Positions 56,412 to 64,000 of a DNA stretch of 64,000 nucleotides are shown in pieces (within the stretch, counting starts at the first letter, position 1; each line of letters opens with the position of its first letter). The stretch spans positions 96,001 to 160,000 of the forward strand of contig JBFXJJ010000003.1 in assembly GCA_050175015.1 (NCBI GenBank), in the 5' to 3' direction. The stretch comes from Alphaproteobacteria bacterium (GTDB lineage: Bacteria; Pseudomonadota; Alphaproteobacteria; JBFXJJ01). The position numbers were made by a program, and so were the translations under genes. Below the pieces are notes generated by a model. That model was not told the DNA's origin and did not search any database. It saw only the letters and a program-made list of their open reading frames with translations.

Positions 56412-57350
56412 CTAAATATCTAACATAGCTTTAGCAAAATCAGATGCCGTAAATGGTTTTAGATCGTCTTCTTTCTCTCCAATGCCGATAAAGTATACGG
56501 GCAGTTTAAAGGTCGAAGCAATAGAGACTAATATACCGCCTTTAGCTGTGCCGTCAAGTTTGGTGATTATAAGACCAGAAACAGGTGTTGTTTCTGAAAA
56601 AAGCTGAACTTGTGAAATCGCATTTTGACCTGTTGTTGAGTCTAAAACTAAAAGTGTTTCATGAGGGGCATCAGGTATCTTTTTGCGGATAACTCTAACA
56701 ATTTTTTCTAGTTCTGCCATTAGCTCCTTTTTGTTTTGGAGACGCCCTGCGGTATCAATCATAACAACATCAATTCTTTCTTTTATGGCTTGTTCCAAGG
56801 CATCATAAACCAAACCTGAGGCATCACATTTATCCTGACCTTTAAAGACTTTACAGCCCGCACGGTTTCCCCATATTGCAAGTTGCTCAACGGCAGCAGC
56901 TCTGAACGTATCGGCTGCAACCAAGGCAACAGATAGACCTTGCTTTTGAATAATTTTAGCCAATTTGCCAAGAGTTGTGGTTTTGCCGCTGCCATTGACT
57001 CCAGCGGTAAGAATAATAAAAGGTCTTTTTTCTTTAGCGATAACAAAATCTTTTTCGATATGTTCTAATTTTTCAGCAATTTTTTCAGCAAGAAAACTTC
57101 TGATTTCAAGATCTGAGACATCTTTTTGAAATTTTTGTATTTTTAATTTTTGGGCAAGTTCTTGAGCGGTTGTTGCTCCTGTATCTGCCATAATTAAAAG
57201 GTCTTCTATTTCTATCAAAGTATCATCATCAAGCTTTCTCTTAGAGATAATATCGGAAATACCTCCAGCTAGAGATGAAGAGGTTTTTGATAACCCTTTT
57301 TTTAGACGTGCAAACCAGTTTTCATCATTTTTTTTAAAAATCACAGGCAA
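56412..57350 (-). CDS. ftsY: SRP receptor FtsY
   Basis: GVNGSGKTTT, DTFRAAA, DTAGRLQN, TKLDGTAKGG. Confidence 0.97.
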   Translation of the reverse strand: MPVIFKKNDENWFARLKKGLSKTSSSLAGGISDIISKRKLDDDTLIEIEDLLIMADTGATTAQELAQKLKIQKFQKDVSDLEIRSFLAEKIAEKLEHIEKDFVIAKEKRPFIILTAGVNGSGKTTTLGKLAKIIQKQGLSVALVAADTFRAAAVEQLAIWGNRAGCKVFKGQDKCDASGLVYDALEQAIKERIDVVMIDTAGRLQNKKELMAELEKIVRVIRKKIPDAPHETLLVLDSTTGQNAISQVQLFSETTPVSGLIITKLDGTAKGGILVSIASTFKLPVYFIGIGEKEDDLKPFTASDFAKAMLDI

Positions 57351-58609
57351 ACTCCATAAAGACCATCTGAGTCATATTGATTAATTTCGACAGAACAAAT
57401 AGTTCCCTCTTTTTTAGTTTGATTAAGTTTTACAGGCAGGTAATGCTCACAAAAACCAGAATTATGTTTTTCAGTTAAAACCGAGCACTTATGTCCTAAT
57501 TTGCTGGCATAAAGTTTTAACATCAGTTCTTCACCAACATCTCTTAAAATTTTTGCCCTTTGTTTCGAAACTTCTCTTTCTACTTGCGGCATCTTAGCAG
57601 CAGGGGTGCCTTCTCTTGGAGAAAAAGGGAAAACGTGAAGATGGGTTATGTTGCATTCTTTCACAAGAGATACGGTGTTATTAAACATAGCCTCCGTTTC
57701 TGTGGGAAATCCTGTAATAAAATCGGAACCAAGAACAATATCACTTCTAACTGCTCGTAACTTTTCTGCCAAAGTGATAATATCTTTAGATAGATGACGT
57801 CTTCCCATTCTTTTCAAAATTAAGTCATCTCCAGACTGAATTGAAAGGTGAAAATGAGGCAGAAGCCTTGGATCATTTTTGGCAAGGTCAATTAGCAAAT
57901 CATCAAAGCCTTTGGGGTCAATAGAGCTTATTCTAAGTCTTTTGAGCTGAGGTGTTTTTTCTAAAATATTTTTTATGAGAAGACTAAGTTCACTTTTGCC
58001 GCAGCGATCTATGCCATAAGAGGCAACATCAACTCCAGAAATAACAATTTCATTAAAACCAGAGGCAATTAATTCGTTGATTTGTGTAAGGACAATATGT
58101 TCAGGAATACTGAAATTTTCACCGCGAGCATAAGGAACAATACAATAGGTACACCTATGATCGCAGCCTTGTTGTACTTGAACAAAAGCTCTCGTTCTGC
58201 CCTCAAAATCACTTATGATATAAGGTTCGTGGTCGTGTTTTTCAAAAATATCTTTAACCGCAACTTTTTCTTTGGTTTGTGAGCGCATAAAGTCATCAAT
58301 ATTAAGTTTCTCGACGTTGCCAAGAACATAATTAACTTCTTTCATTTTAGCAAAACTAAAAGGACTTACTTGAGCCGCACAGCCCGTTACAATTATAATT
58401 GCATCTTCGTTTTCTTTGCGTATTTTCCGTATCATCTGGCGGCATTGTCTCTCTGCTTCGCCAGTTACCGCGCAACTGTTGATAACAATTAAGGGCTTAG
58501 GAATATCTAATCCCAAAAGCTTTTCCCGCATAATTTCAGATTCATAAGAGTTTATGCGGCAGCCTAAAGTAATAATTTTGACATCATATTTCATCGATAT
58601 TAAGCTCAC
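57341..58609 (-). CDS. mtaB: tRNA t6A37 methylthiotransferase MtaB (start may be 58594)
   Basis: TLGCRIN, NSCAVT, QQGCDHRCTYC radical-SAM motif, HVFPFSPREGT; between dapF and ftsY. Confidence 0.92.
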   Translation of the reverse strand: MSLISMKYDVKIITLGCRINSYESEIMREKLLGLDIPKPLIVINSCAVTGEAERQCRQMIRKIRKENEDAIIIVTGCAAQVSPFSFAKMKEVNYVLGNVEKLNIDDFMRSQTKEKVAVKDIFEKHDHEPYIISDFEGRTRAFVQVQQGCDHRCTYCIVPYARGENFSIPEHIVLTQINELIASGFNEIVISGVDVASYGIDRCGKSELSLLIKNILEKTPQLKRLRISSIDPKGFDDLLIDLAKNDPRLLPHFHLSIQSGDDLILKRMGRRHLSKDIITLAEKLRAVRSDIVLGSDFITGFPTETEAMFNNTVSLVKECNITHLHVFPFSPREGTPAAKMPQVEREVSKQRAKILRDVGEELMLKLYASKLGHKCSVLTEKHNSGFCEHYLPVKLNQTKKEGTICSVEINQYDSDGLYGVCL

Positions 58610-59411
58610 CTGTAAAGACCTTCGTAGCTGTACCTGTCATTAAAATTGAACCATCTTCAAGTGATTCAATAAACAGGTCGCCGCCGTCTAAAATAACTCT
58701 GGTTTGATTAATGCAAAAGCCTTTTTTATAGGCAGCAAAAAAAGAGGCACAAGCTCCTGTTCCGCAAGCCATTGTAATGCCAGCCCCACGTTCCCAAACT
58801 TTCATTCTTATCGTTTGTTTATCAATAATTTTTATGAAGTCAACATTTGTACCGAAGGTAAATAGTTTGTTCTTTTCTAGTTGCGAACCTAATTTAGCAA
58901 CATCTAAACTGCTAACATCATCTACAAAACAAACCAGATGAGGAACTCCCATCAATAGGGCGCAGGATTCAGATATTTCAGGAATAAGTCTGGGCATATT
59001 GAAGGTGTCGGCTTCCTCAGACAACGGAAGATCTTTCCAATTAAAACTAGGGATTCCCATATTGACCGCAATTAAATCTTTGTTTTTATGACCTGCAATT
59101 AATCCTGCTCTGGTTTCAATGTAGACCGTTTCTTTTTTTGTTTCTTCAAGCATTAAGCGAGCAATGCAGCGTGAGGCATTGCCGCAGGCATTAGCCAAAG
59201 AACCGTCAGAATTAAAGATAGTAATAAGGCAAGAGGCGGTTTTATCTACTGGTTTGTCAATAATGATAACACCGTCAGCGCCAATGCCCTTTCTGCGGTC
59301 AGCAATTTTAGCTGCAATTTCAGGATAGAATACAAGACTATGACTTCTGTTATCGATAATAACAAAGTCATTTCCAAGTCCGTGCATTTTAGTAAAAGAT
59401 AATGTTTTCAT
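58584..59411 (-). CDS. dapF: Diaminopimelate epimerase
   Basis: FTKMHGLGNDF, CGNASRC, VWERGAGITMACGTGAC. Confidence 0.97.
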   Translation of the reverse strand: MKTLSFTKMHGLGNDFVIIDNRSHSLVFYPEIAAKIADRRKGIGADGVIIIDKPVDKTASCLITIFNSDGSLANACGNASRCIARLMLEETKKETVYIETRAGLIAGHKNKDLIAVNMGIPSFNWKDLPLSEEADTFNMPRLIPEISESCALLMGVPHLVCFVDDVSSLDVAKLGSQLEKNKLFTFGTNVDFIKIIDKQTIRMKVWERGAGITMACGTGACASFFAAYKKGFCINQTRVILDGGDLFIESLEDGSILMTGTATKVFTGELNIDEI

Positions 59412-59491
59412 ATTTTATTTTTATTATCAATTTATGGCTAAGGCTAGTAATAAATTGCTTTTAAGTTATTTTAGCTTGGGAGCTTAAAACT

Positions 59492-60100
59492 ATGACATCA
59501 AAACCATTATACGATAATGATGCCAAAAACTATTGCAGACAGTACGAGTCTCTTAAGTTTGAGGATATTCATCAAGACATATTAGCTATAATACCGCCTA
59601 AGGGGACGAAGATTCTTGATGTTGGCGCAGGCTCAGGAAGAGATGCAGCTTGGTTTGCAGTCAATGGTTATGAAGTTACAGCGCTAGAGCCGTCTTTAGC
59701 AATGATTCGAGAAGGTAAAAGCTATCATAAAAATAGTGCTGTAAGATGGATTTGCGATAGCTTGCCTGAATTAAAACAAGTACAAAAGCTAGGGCAGCAA
59801 TTTGATTTTATTTTGCTTTCGGCCGTTTGGATGCACGTTAAACCTGAAGAAAGACCAAGGGCATTTAAGAATCTAAATAGTCTTTTAGCGCCAAACGGGC
59901 AGCTTTCAATAGTGCTTCGTTTTGGCAGTCTTAGAGACGATATGTATCTTGTTTCATTTGATGAATTAAAGTCTTTGGCAGAGAAGTATAAGCTGGAAAC
60001 AACAATGATTAAAGAAAGGGGCGAGAAAGATAAACTTAATCGCTTTGATGTTGAGTGGGGAAGAGTTTGCTTTAGAAAAAGCGGTCTAAATAAGCAGTAA
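59492..60100 (+). CDS. Class I SAM-dependent methyltransferase
   Basis: ILDVGAGSGRDAAW, DSLPEL, LSAVWMHV. Confidence 0.88.
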   Translation: MTSKPLYDNDAKNYCRQYESLKFEDIHQDILAIIPPKGTKILDVGAGSGRDAAWFAVNGYEVTALEPSLAMIREGKSYHKNSAVRWICDSLPELKQVQKLGQQFDFILLSAVWMHVKPEERPRAFKNLNSLLAPNGQLSIVLRFGSLRDDMYLVSFDELKSLAEKYKLETTMIKERGEKDKLNRFDVEWGRVCFRKSGLNKQ

Positions 60101-60207
60101 TTGTGGGTATCTTATAAAGATATTTTTAAAAAGTGTTAGATAATTAGATAAAAAGCAATGTTTGCTTGACAAATGGCTTAAAATCTAATAAACAAGATTC
60201 AAATTTA

Positions 60208-60273
60208 CTCCGAAAGTGTTAGTTTTTAGTCTTTTAGGAGATCCGTCAGTCAGCGAAGGTTCGCACACTGACG
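60208..60273 (+). promoter_or_regulatory. Structured leader upstream of ffh (candidate ffh RNA motif)
   Basis: CGTCAGT (60244-60250) pairs with ACTGACG (60267-60273) around an inner GCGAA/TTCGC stem; weaker CTCC/GGAG hairpin before it. Confidence 0.5.
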
Positions 60274-60315
60274 CAATATTGCTTTGTATAATTGTTTAGG
60301 CTTGGAAAAGAACGT

Positions 60316-61725
60316 ATGTTTAGTAATCTGGCAAATAAATTAGGAGACATTTTTTCTCGTCTTGGTGGACGTGCCGTAATATCTGAGAAAGATTTTGACG
60401 AGGTGATGCGTGAAATCAGAGTCGCTCTGATTGAAGCTGATGTTGCCCTTCCTGTTTTGCGTGATTTTATCGAAAAAATTAAAGCTAAAGCTATTGGCTC
60501 TAATGTTATTCGTTCGGTTTCTCCTGCTCAGCAAATTATCAAAATTGTAAATGATGGTTTAGTTGAGATGCTGGGAGATGAAGATGCCAGCCTTAAATAT
60601 AAGGGTATTCCATCAATCATTTTGATGGTTGGTCTTCAAGGTTCTGGTAAAACTACGACTTCAGGCAAAATAGCTTTAAGACTTACAAGCAAAGAAAAGA
60701 AAAAAGTTTTATTGGCATCTCTTGACGTTTATCGTCCAGCTGCGCAGGAACAATTGTTACAGGTTGGCAAGAGTGCAGGTTTAGATGTTCTGCCGATTGT
60801 CAAAGGTGAACAACCTCTTGATATTACCAAGAGAGCCTTAAAAGAAGCCAAGCTTGGCGGTTATGATGTTTTGATTCTTGATACCGCTGGTCGTACTCAT
60901 ATTGATGAAGATATGATGAGCGAAGCTTTGGCGGTTAAAAAACTTGCTGATCCTGCGGAAACTTTGCTGGTTGCTGATGCTATGACTGGTCAGGACGCAG
61001 TTAATCTTGCTCGTGAGTTTAACGAAAAAGTCGGGGTAACAGGTATTGTTCTGACAAGAATTGATGGTGATGCAAGAGGCGGCGCTGCTTTGTCTATGAA
61101 AGCTGTTGCGGGCTGTCCGATTAAGTTCCTTGGTGTGTCAGAGAAAATTGATGGCTTGGAACTTTTTGATGCCAAGAGAATAGCTGGTCGTATTTTAGGT
61201 ATGGGCGATGTTGTTTCTTTGGTGGAAACTGCGATTGAGAAAGTTGATCAAGAAGAAGCTGAAAAACTTGCTAAAAGAATGCTTGAGGGTCGATTTAATC
61301 TTCAAGATATGTTGTCTCAAATGCAGCAAATGAAAAAAATGGGCAGCGTTAAAGATTTGGTTGGAATGCTTCCTGGAATGGGTAAGTTTTCAGACAAGTT
61401 AGAAAATGCAGGTCTCAATGATAAAGCGATAAGACGCCAAGAGGCGATTATATTATCTATGACATTTAAGGAAAGACGTAATCCGGATTTAATAAAAGCG
61501 TCACGTAAAAAAAGAATTGCTGACGGAGCCGGGGTTTCCGTCAATGATGTTAACCGCTTGCTTAAACAATATTTGCAGATGGCAAATATGATGAAAAAGA
61601 TGAAACAAGGCAAAGGCCTGTTTGGAAGTTTAGGCAACGCTTTAAAGTTTCCCCAAGGACTGCCTGATATGAGCAGTTTATCTGATGGAAAGTTCCCAGT
61701 AGATTTGCTTGGGAAAAAATTTTGA
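60316..61725 (+). CDS. ffh: Signal recognition particle protein Ffh
   Basis: GLQGSGKTT, DVYRPAA, DTAGR, DGDARGG, M domain; start moved to ATG 60316. Confidence 0.97.
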   Translation: MFSNLANKLGDIFSRLGGRAVISEKDFDEVMREIRVALIEADVALPVLRDFIEKIKAKAIGSNVIRSVSPAQQIIKIVNDGLVEMLGDEDASLKYKGIPSIILMVGLQGSGKTTTSGKIALRLTSKEKKKVLLASLDVYRPAAQEQLLQVGKSAGLDVLPIVKGEQPLDITKRALKEAKLGGYDVLILDTAGRTHIDEDMMSEALAVKKLADPAETLLVADAMTGQDAVNLAREFNEKVGVTGIVLTRIDGDARGGAALSMKAVAGCPIKFLGVSEKIDGLELFDAKRIAGRILGMGDVVSLVETAIEKVDQEEAEKLAKRMLEGRFNLQDMLSQMQQMKKMGSVKDLVGMLPGMGKFSDKLENAGLNDKAIRRQEAIILSMTFKERRNPDLIKASRKKRIADGAGVSVNDVNRLLKQYLQMANMMKKMKQGKGLFGSLGNALKFPQGLPDMSSLSDGKFPVDLLGKKF

Positions 61726-61756
61726 TTTAATTGTTTTTTAAGGAGATTAAAAAAAT

Positions 61757-62146
61757 ATGGCTGTAAGAATTAGATTATCAAGAGGCGGTTCTAAGAAACG
61801 TCCTTTTTATAAAATTGTAGTTGCTGATCAAAGAGCTCCAAGAGACGGACGTTTTATTGAAAGAGTTGGAAGTTATAATCCTCTTCTTCCTAGAGAACAC
61901 GCCGATCGTCTTGTTTTAGTTGAAGACCGTATTAAACATTGGCTCAGCGTTGGCAGCCTTCCTACCGATAGAGTAGCAAGACTTCTTAACGAAAAAGGTT
62001 TATATGGAAAACCTGCTGTTAATGAACAAACTAAAAAAAGTCAGCCAAGACCTAAGACTGTTGAAAAAATGAAGCAGAAAGAAGAAGCTTTAAAAGCAAA
62101 AGCTGAAGCCGAAGCTGCTGCAAAAGCTGAAGAAGCTACAGCTTAA
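61757..62146 (+). CDS. rpsP: 30S ribosomal protein S16
   Basis: [30 protein letters not shown]. Confidence 0.98.
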   Translation: MAVRIRLSRGGSKKRPFYKIVVADQRAPRDGRFIERVGSYNPLLPREHADRLVLVEDRIKHWLSVGSLPTDRVARLLNEKGLYGKPAVNEQTKKSQPRPKTVEKMKQKEEALKAKAEAEAAAKAEEATA

Positions 62147-62176
62147 GGTAATTGTTTGAAAAGGTTTGCGTTGTTG

Positions 62177-62686
62177 ATGGATAAAGAAAAAAGAGTGTGT
62201 GTGGGAGTTATTACAGGCGCTCACGGCGTTAAAGGGCAAGTTAAAATTAAAAGCTTTACCGCTAATCCTGAAGATATTGCAGCCTATGGTGTTTTAGAAG
62301 ATGATTCTGGAATAAAAAAGTTTAATGTTCGAATTTTAGGCGAGGGCAAAGATTTTTTAAGAGCGGAAATAAAAGGGGTTTCAGACCGTAATGAAGCAGA
62401 GCTTTTAAGGGGCGTAAATCTTTTTGTTAGCCGTGAAAAACTTCCCGAAACCGTAGAAGAAGAATATTATCACACAGATCTAATTGGTTTAGATGTCTTT
62501 AATAATGAGGGTGTTTTGATTGGCAGTGTTGCCGCAATTTATGACTTTGGAGCAGGAGATGTTCTGGAAATAAAATCGTTGGACAACAAGTTAAATATGC
62601 TTCCTTTTACTAAAGAGATTGTTCCAATAGTTGATATTAAAAACCATAAAGTGGTTGTTAATGAAATTATTGAGAGCCAAGAATAA
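62177..62686 (+). CDS. rimM: Ribosome maturation factor RimM
   Basis: GAHGVKGQVK, EEYYHTDLIGL, DFGAGDVLEI; start moved to ATG 62177. Confidence 0.95.
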   Translation: MDKEKRVCVGVITGAHGVKGQVKIKSFTANPEDIAAYGVLEDDSGIKKFNVRILGEGKDFLRAEIKGVSDRNEAELLRGVNLFVSREKLPETVEEEYYHTDLIGLDVFNNEGVLIGSVAAIYDFGAGDVLEIKSLDNKLNMLPFTKEIVPIVDIKNHKVVVNEIIESQE

Positions 62687-62713
62687 CAGATTGTATGGAA
62701 ACAAAGAATTAAT

Positions 62714-63451
62714 ATGGAGGATTTTGAAAGCAGCAATAGTCTTGAAGAAGAAACTCTCTGGAAAGCAAAAATACTTACAATTTTTCCAGAAATGTTTCCA
62801 GGTTTTTTAGGGCAGTCTCTCGCAGGTAAAGCCCTTGATAAAAAAATTTGGGAATTAGAGGTTTTTAACATCAGAGACTATACTTTTGATAAACACCGTT
62901 CTGTTGATGATGTGCCTTTTGGCGGCGGAGCGGGAATGCTTATGAAACCAGAGGTTTTGGATAGTGCGTTATCAAAAGTCTATCATAATGACGGTCCTTT
63001 GATTTATATGTCACCTCGTGGCAAAGTTTTAAGTCAGGAAAGAGTTGTTGAGCTTTCAAAAGAAAAAAATATTACAGTCCTTTGTGGAAGATTTGAAGGT
63101 GTTGATGAACGTATTCTGGAAAAGTATGATTTTGAAGAGGTAAGCGTTGGAGATTTTGTTTTATCAGGAGGTGAACCAGCCGCTTTAGTTATGATTGATG
63201 CTGTTGTGAGGCTGCTTCCAGGCGTTATGGGCAAGGAAGAATCTTTTTTAGAAGAAAGCTTTGCGAAAGGATTGTTAGAATATCCGCAGTATACAAGACC
63301 TGCAAACTGGGAAGGACGAGAAGTTCCAGAGGTTTTGATTTCAGGTCATCATAAGAAAATAAGCGAATGGCAGAAACAAAAGGCTATCGAAATTACCAAA
63401 GAAAGACGTCCCGATTTATGGGAAAAATATTTAACTAAAACACAGGAATAA
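62714..63451 (+). CDS. trmD: tRNA (guanine37-N1)-methyltransferase
   Basis: [41 protein letters not shown]. Confidence 0.97.
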   Translation: MEDFESSNSLEEETLWKAKILTIFPEMFPGFLGQSLAGKALDKKIWELEVFNIRDYTFDKHRSVDDVPFGGGAGMLMKPEVLDSALSKVYHNDGPLIYMSPRGKVLSQERVVELSKEKNITVLCGRFEGVDERILEKYDFEEVSVGDFVLSGGEPAALVMIDAVVRLLPGVMGKEESFLEESFAKGLLEYPQYTRPANWEGREVPEVLISGHHKKISEWQKQKAIEITKERRPDLWEKYLTKTQE

Positions 63452-63497
63452 GATTTAATTGTGAAAGCTTGTTTAAATTAAGAAAGGGTTTTAAAAA

Positions 63498-63899
63498 ATG
63501 AGCAATTTAATAAATGAAATTGAAAAAGAGCAAATGTCAAACTTGCTTAAAGAAAAAGAACTTCCAGAATTCAAAGCTGGCGATTCTCTTAAAGTTCACA
63601 CCAAAGTTGTTGAAGGTGACAGAACCAGAATTCAGATTTACGAAGGTGTTTGCATTGCTCGCAGAAATGACGGCTTAAATTCTTCTTTTACCGTTCGTAA
63701 AATTTCTTTTGGTGAAGGCGTAGAAAGAGTATTTCCTCTCTATTCTCCAAATGTTGCTAAAATTGAAGTTGCTAAAATTGGTAAAGTTCGTCGTTCAAAA
63801 CTTTACTATTTGCGCAATTTAAGAGGTAAAGCTGCACGTATTGCAGAAGATGTTATAGCTGTTCAAAAAGCTAAAGATGCAGCATCTGCTGAAAAATAG
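63498..63899 (+). CDS. rplS: 50S ribosomal protein L19
   Basis: [29 protein letters not shown]. Confidence 0.98.
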   Translation: MSNLINEIEKEQMSNLLKEKELPEFKAGDSLKVHTKVVEGDRTRIQIYEGVCIARRNDGLNSSFTVRKISFGEGVERVFPLYSPNVAKIEVAKIGKVRRSKLYYLRNLRGKAARIAEDVIAVQKAKDAASAEK

Positions 63900-63931
63900 T
63901 CTTTAAAAAGCTTAACATTCGAATACAGAGT

Positions 63932-63970
63932 TATAGCACTTCAAGGTATCTAAGCTTTGCGGTGCTATAA
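63932..63970 (+). terminator. Probable terminator-like hairpin after rplS
   Basis: TTATAGCAC...GTGCTATAA inverted repeat followed by a T-rich tract; long loop. Confidence 0.45.
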
Positions 63971-64000
63971 TGTTTTCTCTTTTATAAAAATAGGTTTTAT

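Noticed and set aside
59492-60100. Methyltransferase as part of a restriction-modification system
   Set aside because: Lacks DPPY/NPPY or PC catalytic motifs; looks like a small-molecule class I methyltransferase inserted between dapF and ffh
1-64000. CRISPR array, IS element, prophage or rRNA
   Set aside because: No regularly spaced short repeats with unique spacers, and no transposase, cas or phage structural motifs seen; the encapsulin is HK97-fold but is a cellular compartment

Overview
AT-rich chromosomal segment of an alphaproteobacterium. The assignment rests on a circularly permuted two-piece tmRNA, the thyX/ssrA/sspB and dapF-mtaB-ftsY/ffh-rpsP-rimM-trmD-rplS arrangements, and an alpha-type SspB tail; the exact lineage cannot be determined. 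Core genes (hflKC-degP, holC, thyX, queA, kdsB-pheA, ffs-dnaX-ybaB-recR, uppP, tRNA-Ser) alternate with accessory genes. The most striking signal is a candidate dispersed type IV secretion effector system. It comprises a stand-alone VirD4-like coupling ATPase with a very acidic tail and no virB or relaxase neighbours, preceded by two paralogous membrane-anchored proteins with degenerate NERD-like domains and followed by an HNH-domain/SUKH(YrhA)-immunity pair. A second HNH-HNH-YrhA cassette, a tandem trio of HExxH metallopeptidase-like paralogs and a BPL_N protein lie elsewhere. Most of these lack signal peptides and end in similar basic tails (NNSR, GKSR, NQNSR, KNKTR). Other items are an OsmC/encapsulated-ferritin/encapsulin operon, an A10 slippage site in dnaX, a riboswitch-like leader that can sequester the RBS of a DUF2087 gene, a tandem TetR operator, a PAS pseudokinase, a repeat-containing autotransporter and several Sel1/ankyrin/HEAT proteins. 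All family calls are from motif recognition by eye; no searches were run.
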